Assembly (NCBI GenBank): GCA_002269645.1
Contig: NIVC01000199.1
Location: forward strand, 558,001 to 622,000
Origin: Macrostomum lignano
Taxonomy: Eukaryota
Reading direction: 5' to 3'
Length of the DNA stretch: 64,000 nucleotides
Part shown: piece after piece, positions 26,501 through 46,779 of the stretch
Layout of the letters: each line of letters starts with the position of its first letter
Position numbering within the stretch: position 1 is the stretch's first letter
The notes under the pieces: model-generated
What the model was told of the DNA's origin: nothing
The model's database searches: none
Seen by the model: only the letters and a program-made list of their open reading frames with translations
Program-made: the position numbers and the translations under genes

Positions 26501-29336
26501 GAACATCCGTGTCACATTAGAACATCCGTGTCACATTAGAGCATTCGTGTCACATTAGAACATCCGTGTCACATTGGAACATCACTTCCTCCGCAGGCAA
26601 TATTCGGTGCCGGAATAGGACTGGGCATCGCCCTGTACTACGGCTGGCAGTTGGCTCTCATGATTCTGGGCTGCGTGCCGCTCATGGCAGTGGCGGGTGC
26701 CGTTCACATGGCCTACCAGACCCGCTCGCAGAAAGCGTCAGACAAAGGCACCGAAATGGCCGGACAAACGGCGGCCGAGGCGATAGAGAATCTGCCGACA
26801 GTTCAGTCGCTGGGCAGAGAGGAAGTCTTCTACACGAGATATCGCGACTTTCTGTCTGAGCCATATCGAAAAAGACTGTTCGCCACTCTGCTTGGAGGCC
26901 TGACCTACGGATTTTCGCAGGTGCGAGGCAAGCCATTGAGCACCAAAGTTGTTTTCAATTAATCGATTTTGTAGCGAAAACTGGTCGGGTAGGACCAACC
27001 TCCAAGGCACAGAAAGTGTACATGCCCGATGATTAGAAAGTCAGGGCCATTCACCCTTGTGAGCGTGTGCATGAGTGCGTGTCTGTGTGAAGTATGTGCT
27101 CTGGATGTTGACATGATCTGAGCCAAGCTATAGCTCTCTGAAGATACGAGTTACCGTTAACACATCCGTTAAGTTACCGTTAGGCCATAATTTAATCCTG
27201 GCATTTCAAACCAAATCAAATGCCGATCCAAATCAAGCGCCGATGCATTTTCAGAGCATCGTGTTCTTTATTTACGCGGCTTCATTCCGTTTCGGCGCCT
27301 ACCTAGTCAGCATCGACCAGATGGAGGTGAACAACGTATTCAAGGTGTTCTTCTCGATCACCTTCGCCGGACTGATGGCGGGTCAGACGTTCTCCCTGAT
27401 TCCGGACTACGCCAAGGCCCGCATCGCAGCTGGTTACATTATCGCACTACTCAACCGGGAGCCGCTGATCGACAATCGCTCAGAATCCGGCGATCGGCCT
27501 CAAAAACTGATCGGCGAACTTCGTCTAGTCGATGTCGATTTCGAATATCCCCAACGAGCTGGCACTCGAGTGCTGCGCCGGCTGAATTTGACGATTCCAG
27601 CCGGACGAACCGTCGCTCTGGTTGGGCCGTCCGGCTGCGGAAAATCTACGGTGGTGTCCCTGCTGCAGCGGTACTACGATCCAATGACGCCGGACGGTGA
27701 ACTGGTCGGCGGTCGTGTCGAACTGGACGGCCGAGACGTGCGCCAGCTGAACCTAGCCTGGCTGCGCAGGAATATCCGAGTCGTCAACCAGGAGCCCGTG
27801 CTGTTCGCTAGAAGTATCGCCGACAATCTCACCTACGGCTTGAACGAGGAGCCGGAGTCCGACTGTCTTGAGGAGGTTGTCCGGCTGAGCAATATTAGCG
27901 ACTTTGTCAAGCACCTGCCGGATGGAATGGATACTCAGGTAGGCTGGTCAATACTGCAGCTGCTGGAGTTTTGTATCTACGAGGGCTGTCTCAAAAGTAG
28001 TGTTACTTTTCATTATATCTCTCGTTCTGATGACCCAAATAGCATCATTTGGCACAAATTTAGAGCGGCAACTCTCTTCTTCATATTAATTTTAACATCT
28101 TTAAAATTAGAAATTAAAATTGGAAACAAATTTTTGAAATGGCAGCTGACAAATGGGTAGCTGGCTGTAGCAAATGCGTAAAATGACTGCACTAAATGAC
28201 CGCATTAGACCCATGAGCCAATGAAATTTGCGCATGAATCTCGGCCGCACTGTGCCCCGTCCTCCAAAGGATGTAAATCACACTCCCCTGAGCAACACTT
28301 GAATGCACATCCATGATTTTTGGCGCAACAATAGGAGGGAACAAAAAGCAAGGAAGCTGAAGCCTAGTGGGAAATTCTGTTTCTTTAAAAGTTTTATGTT
28401 TCTCCAAGTTTTTCCCTATATGTCACTTTGTCAAAGCAGCCCAACAAAGAAGTCTGAGTGTATTCAATCAAAAGTACTTTCACTACTTTCTGCTAGCTTG
28501 TTAACTTACTGATGATGATGAGTATGATGTACACGTCCATTTAAGTGTTGCTCAGGGGAGTGGGTTTTACACCCTTTGGAGGACGGGGCACAGTGCAGCC
28601 GAGATTCATGCGCAAATTTCATCGGCTCATGGGTCTAATGCGGTCATTTACCGCAGTTATTTTACACATTCACTGCAGCCAGTTACCCATTTGTCAGCTT
28701 CCACTTCGAAATTTTGCTAGCTTGTTAACTTACTGTAGGACTATGGTCGAGCTCCTGCTGCATTCTAGTTTGTAATTTTTGTTTCCATTGTCTGATTTTA
28801 AAGATGTTTAAGTCAATTTGAAGAAAAGAGTTGTCGCTATAAATTTGTGCAAATTTATGTTATTTGGATCATCAGAACAAGAGATACAATGAAAAGTAAC
28901 ACTACTTTTGGGACAGCCGTCGTAGTACGTCATATCTCGAGCACACTAATGCACCTCAAAATTTGCGTAACCGCAGGTTGGCGAAAAAGGTGCCCAGCTT
29001 AGCGGCGGCCAGAAACAACGCGTCGCCCTGGCCAGAGCCTTGATCACTCGGCCGAAAATTCTGCTACTCGACGAGGCCACATCCGCGCTGGACAGCGAGT
29101 CCGAAGCCCTGGTTCAGGCGGCTCTGGACGAAGCTCGACAAGGACGAACTTGCATTCTCGTGGCTCACCGACTGTCAACAGTGCAGAGCGCCGACGTCAT
29201 TGTGGTGATGGAGGGCGGTCGAGTAGTCGAGACTGGCACCCACGCTGAGCTGATGCGACTCGGCGGTGCCTACTACAGCATGGCTAACAGTGCCATGCGC
29301 AAAGGCGGCACCTTGTTGCCACCAGGAACGGGATAA
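18926..29336 (+). CDS. ABCB1: Full-length ABCB-family transporter (P-glycoprotein/MDR1-like), 1304 aa
   Basis: 13 exons: 18926-18969, 19158-19218, 19942-20261, 21119-21533, 21769-22191, 22706-22864, 23114-23451, 23717-24009, 24772-24980, 25852-26136, 26597-26920, 27255-27938, 28977-29336 (3915 nt, phases consistent). TMD-NBD-TMD-NBD layout. Walker A GPSGSGKS and GPSGCGKS, two LSGGQKQR signatures, two [11 protein letters not shown] Walker B/D-loops, two AHRLST H-loops. Confidence 0.95.
19240..19878. repeat. 14-bp minisatellite CCCTGTCTCCCTCT (ABCB intron 2)
   Basis: Visible; reverse complement of the intron-3 array. Confidence 0.95.
20402..20981. repeat. 14-bp minisatellite AGAGGGAGACAGGG (ABCB intron 3)
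   Basis: Visible; reverse complement of the intron-2 array. Confidence 0.95.
22195..22625. repeat. 20-bp minisatellite CATCCATTAGACAGAGGCAT
   Basis: Starts immediately after the donor at 22192. Confidence 0.93.
23470..23685. repeat. (GTTA)/(GTCA) compound microsatellite
   Basis: Fills ABCB intron 7. Confidence 0.93.
24047..24749. repeat. Perfect (GATCCCGATCCT)n, about 58 copies
   Basis: Identical printed lines from 24061 to 24720; fills ABCB intron 8. Confidence 0.98.
25051..25755. repeat. 15-bp minisatellite GGTGCTGGCGCCCCT switching to GGTGCTAAAGCCCCT
   Basis: Visible in ABCB intron 9. Confidence 0.95.
26185..26582. repeat. 19-bp minisatellite ACATTAGAACATCCGTGTC
   Basis: Visible in ABCB intron 10. 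Confidence 0.9.
27980..28922. mobile_element. Non-autonomous mariner-derived foldback element/MITE in ABCB intron 12
   Basis: TA-flanked. The left end CGAGGGCTGTCTCAAAAGTAGTGTTACTTT is the near reverse complement of the right end AAAAGTAACACTACTTTTGGGACAGCCGTCG. Inverted arms run about 27980-28310 and 28530-28922. Both arms encode a mariner N-terminal HTH-like peptide ([31 protein letters not shown]). Confidence 0.85.
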
Positions 29337-29711
29337 AGAAGTGTGACGTGGAAGTAAATGTCCGCTCATAAACTTTACAATATCAAAGCGAAATTATATA
29401 TACATTACGCGAAGTCTCGATGTTGATAATTATTGGAAACCACGGTCAAATTGGAACTGCTTCAAATATGTCCATTTCTATCCATAGTAAAATATTTCTT
29501 ACTTAACTGCTACTGTCTTCAGAACAACCTGTTTGCTTAACTTTCTTTGATAATTGTGCCTAAATCGAACTTGAGTGACACTGATGAAATATACAAATAT
29601 TCAGAACAGATGAAAGCTTTGCAAAATTACCGGTATATATTGCAAAGGAACCTTTTCTGCTTTCAAGCTTGCGTTGTGCTTCTTACAATATCACATTTTC
29701 ATGGGGTTTTA

Positions 29712-29902
29712 GAGTTTGTAGCCGAGTAGTTAAAGCGTCGAACTCACTACTGAAAGGTCAGGGGTTCGATTTTCTACACACTCGGAGCAATTTGTGTCCC
29801 TTAAGCAAGACACCTTAACTCTGCATTGCTTCAGTTCACCCAGCTGTAAAATGGGTGCCAGCATTAGCTGGGGTAATTGAGGCTGTGTGTGCGGCGACCT
29901 CA
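29712..29902 (+). mobile_element. tRNA-derived SINE with a CORE-like central domain, copy 1
   Basis: A-box-like TAGTTAAAGCG, B-box GGTTCGATT, and central TGTCCCTTAAGCAAGACACCTTAACT...CACCCAGCTGTAAAATGGGT. Aligns over its whole length with the copy at 38674-38863. Confidence 0.8.
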
Positions 29903-31734
29903 GATGCTGAGCTGTTCATTTGGGCAGGTGTAGCTACGACTTGGAACTTGAAATTACGAGTATATTAGAAAATAATTAATTTCACTTATGCAGACAACGA
30001 TCGCGATCGACAAGAGGTAGACAGGCCACCTGCTTGACTGTCCGGCTCTCAATAACGCTAACTCCCGGAAATAATGTGCCATCGGATGTCTCCCGTTGTA
30101 AGCTGGGGCCATCAACTCACAAATTAAGTGTCCTCTGTTTTAGCAGCTCTCCACCGAAAGCAACAATAACGACAGCGACAAATGAAACGACAACAACAAA
30201 AACAACAATCGCAATGGTATCGCAATATCAACAACAACAAGAGAAACAACAAAGAAGACGAAACAACAAACTACTCACTTTTACTCGTAGTAAAAAGCGG
30301 TGCTTCTGTTGAAATAAATTCTGTTTGATTCGGTTTATTCTTCGTTTCATTTGTGTTTTAGTGCGCAAATTTTCATCATTCAAAGCAAAATTGGCAACTG
30401 CAGGTTTGAGCAAACAGGAATGTGTTAAAGTGCAACTGTACACATCATAGATTTTTTTATCGAAATCATAAAATTTCTTAAACACGGAGTCAGTAGGCGA
30501 TACGCGATCGTATAAGACGTCTAGAATTTTCCATTTTCAGTAGTGGTTATTCAATCCTCTTACTTTGCATTTTAGACATTTTTCCTCAATGTGGAAATCA
30601 ATCTAAGTTCTAAAAGCAATCCAACAACAAATTTTAGCTTTAAATTTACAAGTCATGTTGGCTTATTTGCAAATTATACGTCATTGTTCTAGCAGCAGGG
30701 TCAATCACTTAGATACGCAGTATGAGTAGAATGTATAAAAACAAGAAATAAACAGAGTACTTATCTATCGTCGGCTTTCTCAGCCTGTAATTAAAATAGA
30801 AATTTTAACTAAATTGTTTCTTTCCTAACAAAGTGAAGCTTCATTGGTTTGTGCATCTTATTTGTTAGAAGGCCTGAGGCGTTGGAGGTGTCAAGCAATA
30901 TACCTGAAAAATTAGATGGCAAGTTCTGCAAGTGTGTTGAACAGAGTTAAAGCAGCTAGTGCTTGGACAGGACAAAATTTTGGAGGTTCGGAGCGGAAGG
31001 TCGGACCCGGATTCAGTACAAGGACCACTGTAACATAGCAAGACGTAGACTCAAGGATCGTACAACTTTTGGAGGCCGATTCCACGGGAAAAAATAAATA
31101 GCTACACTGCGAAGATCGCGGAAAAAATCTATTTTCATCACAAAATCAATGATTCCATTTGATCTGGGGCAGTAAAGATTACCATTCCTTTGATTAGCAT
31201 GCACACAAAAATGTTTTCCTGTTGCATTATATATAGTTGTGTTAGGAACTTTCATTTTCATATTGTATTATTTTCAGCTATTTCGTAAACCCAAGCCAAA
31301 GTTATAAATACTCACTAATACTCTGAAGCCTCACTAATACTCACTAATTAAAATGCATATTAGCAGCTATTTCTAGACCTGTCTAAATAATTAAATTTAG
31401 ACAATGTTCTACCAATACAATACCATTTATTTCACATTGTTAATTGTAGACCTAGAAAGCAATCAATTTTTAAGCCAAGGCGTAGCTTAAGTCTAAGAGC
31501 ACCCTCACGCAAAAATTTCATTACGAAGTAGAACCTTATTCACGAAGGATTAAACACTTTTTAAAAACTTTCACTACAAAATTATACAATATACAATTCA
31601 GAGTAACATACTGTAGATTCTAAATTAAAATAATGCCAATCATTGATCTTTTCCTATCTCCGCAGTGCATTTTCCCAGGAAAATTGGCCTCCTAAAGAAT
31701 TACACGATCTTTAATTGAGTTTTACTTCTTGTTG

Positions 31735-39476
<7,742 letters not shown>

Positions 39477-39617
39477 CCAGACACTTGCTGTATCTAGGCG
39501 GAAACTTAACAGCAACCTTAGTGGCAGTTAAATGCGTGAGAATTTGTTCGGAATTCATATATGCCTCTGTGGAGAGGAAGGCTGAAAACTTATTCCATAA
39601 CTACTCACCTCTCTCAG

Positions 39618-39648
<31 letters not shown>

Positions 39649-40479
39649 GCTTCACCTGACTTGCGGTGGCATTTTTGTCGCTACAGAGCAGCATTTTGGT
39701 GTACAGTATACAACTTTTTCTTTTACTCTACACGCCAGTTTTTCTGTTTTTTTGGCCCCACCCTCTGGGGGAGTGCAGTGAGGTAACTCAATTGTTGGGG
39801 CTTCGAAGCGCCTTGAAGCTTTCATTCTTTGTCTTCTCTCTCTCTCACTCAGTGCTCGGCTCTGCATGTCTGTCTGTCGGTTTGTTAGTCTGCATGGCTC
39901 CATAAAACATTTCGGAAAACGACTCTGCGGGGACCCCTTTGCGCTATACTTGCCCGATGGAGCAGCTCAAGGTAAGCAAATGAGTTGAAGAATATAGCTC
40001 CATGACAAAGCATGCCCGCTCAACCATTTCGATATATAGACCAAAAGCCCAATGACCGAGACCTGTTACGGTGTCCGATCTTTTTCAGCTTTTTCATGGT
40101 TTCTAAGTGATCTTTAATAGATAGGGTCCACAGTACAGTGTAGCCACCTTAACCAATAGAATTCATGCTAGCTAAATCTGACAAAACAACCTTCAAATGG
40201 CAAAACTTAATAATTGCAGAATAAGCTGCTTTAACCTTTCAGTGTCTTAAGGTCATTCCATTATAGAGACTTAAACCTTACAGCAAAACCTACGCTCTTT
40301 TTTGGGTGCAACTAAAAATTACTGTATTAAATGCAATTTATGAGAATTAATATGATGAATTTAATTAAATAGCTTTCTACAAACTCAGAAATTCAGCGAT
40401 AGTAATTTAAACCAAGTGACTTGTGTGATTATGTATTCGTATTCCATTAAACATTGTCTGATTGACTTGGAAGGCATAG

Positions 40480-41222
40480 AATTAGACCTTGAAGGCATGC
40501 AACGTAGCACCTTAAATGCTTGTAATATACATGTACGACCTTCGATCAAGGCATGCAGCATACGACCTTGAAGGCATGCAGCTACGACTTTGAAGGCATG
40601 CAACATACGACCTTGAAGGCATGCAGCATGCGACCTTGAAGGCATGCAGCATACAACATTGAAGACATGCAACGTAGCACCTTGAATGCTTGTAATATAC
40701 ATGTACGACCTTCGACCAAGGCATGCAGCATGCGACCTTGAAGGCATGCAGCATACGACCTTGAAGGCATGCAGCATGCGACCTTGAAGGCACACAGCAT
40801 GCGACCTTGAAGGCATGCAGCATGCGACCTTGAAGGCACACAGCATGCGACCTTGAAGGCATGCAGCATGTGACCTTGAAGGCACACAGCATGCGACCTT
40901 GAAGGCATGCAGCATGCGACCTTGAAGGCATGCAGCATGCGACCTTGAAGGCATGCAGCAGACGACCTTGAAGGCATGCAGCATACGACCTTGAAGTCAT
41001 GCAGATACGACCTTGAAGACATGCAGCATGCGACCTGAAGGCATACAACGTAGCAACTTAAATGCATGTTATATACATTTACGACCTTCGATCAAGGCAT
41101 GCAGCATACGACCTTGAAGGCATGCAGCATGCGACCTTGAAGGCACACAGCATGCGACCTTGAAGGCATGCAACATACGACATTCAAGGCATGCAGCATA
41201 CGACATTCAAGGCATGCTAAAT
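40480..41222. repeat. 23-bp minisatellite GAAGGCATGCAGCATGCGACCTT with interspersed ~50-bp units
   Basis: Visible upstream of the Slo gene. Confidence 0.92.
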
Positions 41223-42407
41223 GTTACCTCCAAGGTACAAGTACAAGTATATACATGTAACATAGAATTGTTATATACGAGTACTGTAGGCACGTAGTTT
41301 GGGTAGCAATGTATAACGTCGCTTAAAGATTTAATGACCACACCGGTCAGTTTTGACGATACCAATTAAATATAAAAAATATGCTTTAAAAGTCGTCCTT
41401 TAGATGATCAATTGGTTTGGATCTATTCTGTATATTAGAGATTTTTAATTTTTATGAACCTCAAATTCTAAATATTTTAGCGATAAAAACTTTACAATGC
41501 TACTTAAAGTAAGAAAAAACGGTGACTTTGATAAAATTTTAAAAAGATTCGGCATTTCTTGAACATGTCTAGTGTGTACCAGTTTGGTTGAAAACATATT
41601 CCGGAATTGCAGGAAACCGCTTGGCGGAGCTTGCTTAACTGAAGTTTTACACGAGTGAAGGCCTGTCAATATTGACACAAATTTAGGCAGGTATCAGATA
41701 ATAATACAAAAAAGCAATCGATAATTTACGGATTAGTAGGTCCGTCTGTCAATTATCAATTGTTGGTACTCTGTCAAACCAAATTAAACTGACACCTAAG
41801 CACTGAATTCAATACATATAGGTCCATGTTTGTGTAATTTTTCATCACAATTAATCGAACAGGTATGCAGATATATATGACAGCCGTGTCTAAGAACTTT
41901 TTGGACCCACTACCATGCCAAAAGGTACGCTCGTACTTAATTACTGTATAATCAAATTGCATTCAGCAGACTCATAAATATCTGTTTTGATTCGTTAAAT
42001 TGAATGCATTCATTCGGGTACATTGAAAATCTATAAAGGAACGACAGTTCGGGGTTTTGTGTCATATGCATCTTTTTGATGAGGACGCACTTTTTCCCAA
42101 ATCCCGCGCTAGCACATGGGCTCTAAACTTACTTGCCTACTAACAGTGGGCAATGGGCATTTTTATCCTTTTTCTGCGAATTTTCATAGAATCTATACTA
42201 GATATAATGTCTGGTCATACTAGTAGTCATAATAACATAGGCGCAGCTTTTTGGGTCATAAATCATCGCTTTCAAAGTTGGTCTGACAGCCACCTGCGCC
42301 TCACTCAGTGTTGAAGCGTGCGCCAGATGGTCTGAGAGGATGCGGGCGGTAGCTTTTTTCTCATCATTTTGACTGGCCATCAAGATTTATGAGGTCAGAG
42401 CCTATTG

Positions 42408-43292
42408 TTCGTGTTCACTCAAGCGTGTGACAGCTTTGACAGATATGCGTTTTACCCCTAAAAGTACTTTGGGATTAGCGATTAGCAATTTCTCTTCATT
42501 ATCCTCACTTTCTATTTAAAAAGAGCTTTCTAATGTATATTTTTTCATTAATTTCTGTCAGTCAGTCCTACGCGAAAAGTCATAAATCATTTTGTTGCGA
42601 TTTTGAGTGATTTATGGCCGCACCTGTCATCTTTTTACAACCCTGTGGGAACTGATAGGATCTCTCGGTCACGTGATTCGGGGTAGCAACAAGCTTAGCC
42701 AATCAGAAAATTCGGCGCTCATTTTAACAAAACGGCTCAGCCAATCAGAATCGACGTGTTCCATTATAACAAACTGCGGTCCAGTTGGCGGCTATTTAAA
42801 CCGGAGTTTTTGGCCCGCTCGGACTCAACTTTGGCTCGGGCCCAGCGCGCAACTTCTGGTTCCCGGAGCACGACCGTCGTTTCTTGATCCCCGGATTGCG
42901 ACTTCCCCCATCATCATCAAGGACGAGTCCCCCGGTCGACAGCAGCGAACATCAAGCGAAGATCATCACCTGCCAGCTATCAGCGAAGATTGTGACAGCA
43001 TCATCCCGAGTCTACAACTGCAGAGCATCGAGCCGATTCGGTCACTGTGGATTACCTGGTCTCCGGCTGTTGAGTTTCTGATTGGTTGGGTGAGAGGCTA
43101 CCTAGACTTGCTTGATTGGGTGATCCCTTTTCTGTCCCCTGTTGCAGTAGCTGAATTAGGCGCACACTTTTGCTCATTTTGTTCAGTAGTGCTGTTGCTG
43201 AGGCAGAAATCATTCAATAATACTGCTAGTAGTCTAAGACTCCAATTCAATCTGAAGTGTGAAGTGAACTAAGGAGAAGGTTAAATCTAACA
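42408..43292 (+). other. Solo-LTR-like or strong Pol II promoter-like segment
   Basis: Tandem AGCCAATCAGAA boxes (about 42697 and 42740), CTATTTAAA (42792-42800), a GC-rich downstream leader, and a TCTAACA end at 43292. The left boundary (TGTT at about 42408) and TSD are not established. Confidence 0.35.
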
Positions 43293-44469
43293 GTTATTTT
43301 TGTCGGTTTTATTTCTTTGTTCGCCGATGGCTCAGATGAGTAGCTAAGCTAGTAGGCGCCGGTCACAGTGGACCAATGGCAAGGCAGGTCTCAGTCGACC
43401 AATCCATCAAATCAGTGAGCAAACCTGCCAGAAGTGCAGAATCGGCGCCAGAGATGTACTTTGTGCACTCTAGGGTAGCCAAGCGGCTCGGGTAAATGAA
43501 TCATGCGGTCTCTGAAGTTCGAGTTAGTCTATCATCAGCGCTATGAGAGGCTAGTTGGCACGTTGAGGGCCAAAAGTACATATCTTCGTATTTAGCAATG
43601 TAATAGTACATGTTGCTACCCCATAGACTCGCCACCGCAAGAATCCCCTGCACAAGTCCCCTCTGTACCTGCATGGCCAATGCGATCTAGTCCCAGCAGT
43701 GTCCCTTATCATCGGCTATGACTTCGAGATTGACAGCAAAAAGACACTAGTTGGCAGGTAAGTGCAAAGCCCCTTCTAGTCGGAAGCCCGATTTCGAGAG
43801 TCCCAGTGTGGTGAGCCAGGGCGCACGGGCTGGTGGCAGCAAGTTAGTTGATCTGCGGATTAGCTAATTTCTACCTTCAAAATTCTCCCTGCTCGTCTCT
43901 CGCTGTCCCTCTCTTAGCTATAGGACCTAGACTGCTTGCCACACGATCAAGCTACCATGGGGCTGACCATCTGACAGGAGTGGGGGGCCAGGTCTCTAAT
44001 TGATTTATTTCTGAGCCTGAGGCCCGAAGGCTTCCCTAACAAGGAGCCCGAAGATCGAAACCCATCATTTTAATAATTTTAACATACGAATAAATGGCGC
44101 ATTAAGATTCATATTTTCGTGCACCTTCTTATAAGCGGAGGGTTTTAAGCCACAGCACGTGACTATAACAGTTAAATATGATATTATAACAAAACTTTGA
44201 GTAACGTCACGAGCATCTTTTGAGTCAGCTGACTCATTGAAGCTATTCAGATATTGAATTAATTTTTCTGGAATTTTCCTTTACTTTCGGCTTCTACTGT
44301 GAGTAGAACAAAAAGGATTCTATTTTGTTTTTCTACAAATGGAAAAATCTAGAAACCTGCCTCTCTTCTGCTATCTAAAAATAGATTGCTGGCAATGAAC
44401 ACTGTATGGGCGAATTGCTAATGACAAGTGACAGTTTGACAAACTGCAAGTGATGCAAATTGGATAATT

Positions 44470-46340
44470 CTGCGCCATCCAACTCAAAAGAAAGAATCGG
44501 CCCCATCAAACACTACTAGAGAAATATCCGGCGCCATTCAACACTACTAGAGAAATATCCGGCGCCATCCAACTCTACTAGAAAGAATCGGCGCCATCCA
44601 ACTCTACTAGAGAAATATCCGGCGCCATCCAACTCTACTAGAGAGAATCGGCCCCATCCAACACTACTAGAGAAATATCCGGCGCCATTCAACACTACTA
44701 GAGAAATATCCGGCGCCATCCAACTCTACTAGAAAGAATCGGCGCCATCCAACTCTACTAGAGAAATATCCGGCGCCATTCAACACTACTAGAGAAATAT
44801 CCGGCGCCATCCAACTCTACTAGAAAGAATCGGCGCCATCCAACTCTACTAGAGAAATATCCGGCGCCATCCAACTCTACTAGAGAGAATCGGCCCCATC
44901 CAACACTACTAGAGAAATATCCGGCGCCATCCAACACTACTAGAGAAATATCCGGCGCCATCCAACTCTACTAGAGAGAATCGGCCCCATCAAACACTAC
45001 TAGAGAAATATCCGGCGCCATTCAACACTACTAGAGAAATATCCGGCGCCATCCAACTCTACTAGAAAGAATCAGCGCCATCCAACTCTACTAGAGAAAT
45101 ATCCGGCGCCATCCAACTCTACTAGAGAGAATCGGCCCCATCCAACACTACTAGAGAAATATCCGGCGCCATTCAACACTACTAGAGAAATATCCGGCGC
45201 CATCCAACTCTACTAGAAAGAATCGGCGCCATCCAACTCTACTAGAGAAATATCCGGCGCCATCCAACTCTACTAGAGAGAATCGGCCCCATCCAACACT
45301 ACTAGAGAAATATCCGGCGCCATTCAACACTACTAGAGAAATATCCGGCGCCATCCAACTCTACTAGAAAGAATCGGCCCCATCCAACACTACTAGAGAA
45401 ATATCCGGCGCCATCCAACACTACTAGAGAAATATCCGGCGCCATCCAACTCTACTAGAAAGATATCCGGCGCCATCCAACTCTACTAGAGAAATATCCG
45501 GCGCCATCCAACTCTACTAGAGAGAATTGGCGCCATCCAACTCTACTAGAGAAATATCCGGCGCCATCCAACTCTACTAGAAAGAATCGGCGCCATTTAA
45601 CTCTACCAGAGAAATATCCGGCGCCATCCAACTCTACTAGAGAGAATCGGCGCCATCCAACTCTACTAGAGAGAATTGGCGCCATCCAGCTCTACTAGAG
45701 AGAATTGGCGCCATCCACCTCTACTAGAAAGAATTGGCGCCATCCAACTCTACTAGAAAGAATCGGCGCCATCCAACTCTACTAGAGAGAATTGGCGCCA
45801 TCCAACTCTATTAGAGAGAATTGGCGCCATCCAGCTCTACTAGAGAGAATTGGCGCCATCCAACTCTACTAGAAAGAATTGGCGCCATCCAACTCTACTA
45901 GAGAGAATTGGCGCCATCCAACTCTACTAGAAAGAATTGGCGCCATCCAACTCTACTAGAGAGAATTGGCGCCATCCAACTCTACTAGAGAGAATTGGCG
46001 CCATCCAACTCTACTAGAGAGAATTGGCGCCATCCAACTCTACTAGAGAGAATTGGCGCCATCCAACTCTACTAGAGAGAATTGGCGCCATCCAACTCTA
46101 CTAGAAAGAATTGGCGCCATCCAACTCTACTAGAGAAATATCCGGCGCCGTCCAACACTACCAGAGAAATATCCGGCGCCATCAAACTCTACTAGAAAGA
46201 ATCGGCGCCCTCCAACTCCACAAGAGAAATGTCCGGCGCTATCCAACTCTAATAGAAAGAATCGGCGCCATCCAACTCTACTAGAGAAGTATCCGGCGCC
46301 ATCCAACTCTACTAGAGAAGTATCCGGCGCCATCCAACTC
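44470..46340. repeat. 30/31-bp minisatellite GGCGCCATCCAACTCTACTAGAGAAATATCC
   Basis: About 60 units with block-level duplications. Confidence 0.95.
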
Positions 46341-46779
46341 CCCAACTCCCATTAGCTACCTGAAAATGCTTTCACCGACCCTAAGCCTACACTATCAGAC
46401 GAATCAAAGCAATAACAAACCCACCTTAAGCTTCTTGAAACGAAACTTTTAGATTAAAAATAGATTTCACTATCGTCAAAGGGTGCAAAGAAGACCAGTT
46501 TAAAGGCAGAAAACAAGCGCCGTAGTACAAAAGCGCCTCTCACCCAGCTCAGCATGCCCCACCCCATGCTCTCAGCATGAGAAGTTTCTCTATATACGTT
46601 TCACCTGGCAGGTGACTCAGCTAAAAATAAACCGGCCTCAAAATAGGCAAGTCCACACACTTGACAAAGACGCTTCACTATCACTTATCTATAGTTGGCT
46701 GCATAGGGGCACTTTTTGTGCTGCGATCAGGTTAGGGAATTGTTTCACCTTAAAGCTGGTTTCCAGAGTCACCGAATTG

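Noticed and set aside
29581-29620. CTGATGA hammerhead-like core (also near 2973 and 28026)
   Set aside because: No correctly placed GAAA after stem II and no closing stems.
29712-29790. Possible tRNA gene
   Set aside because: The A/B boxes are followed by a SINE body shared with a second diverged copy, and no complete cloverleaf was evident.
31013-31261. 82-aa minus-strand ORF as the Slo terminal exon
   Set aside because: No phase-0 acceptor there gives a Slo-like continuation. The 31809-31735 exon fits better (DKIVV, short intron), though it remains tentative.
39652-39903. Upstream ORF as an N-terminal extension of Slo
   Set aside because: Its donor (about 39655) is in phase 2 but the 39493 acceptor needs phase 1, and the compatible frame has a TAG and no ATG. 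It is more likely a 5' UTR exon.
42607-43272. 221-aa ORF in the promoter/LTR-like segment
   Set aside because: No recognisable domain, non-ATG start, and it overlaps CCAAT/TATA motifs.
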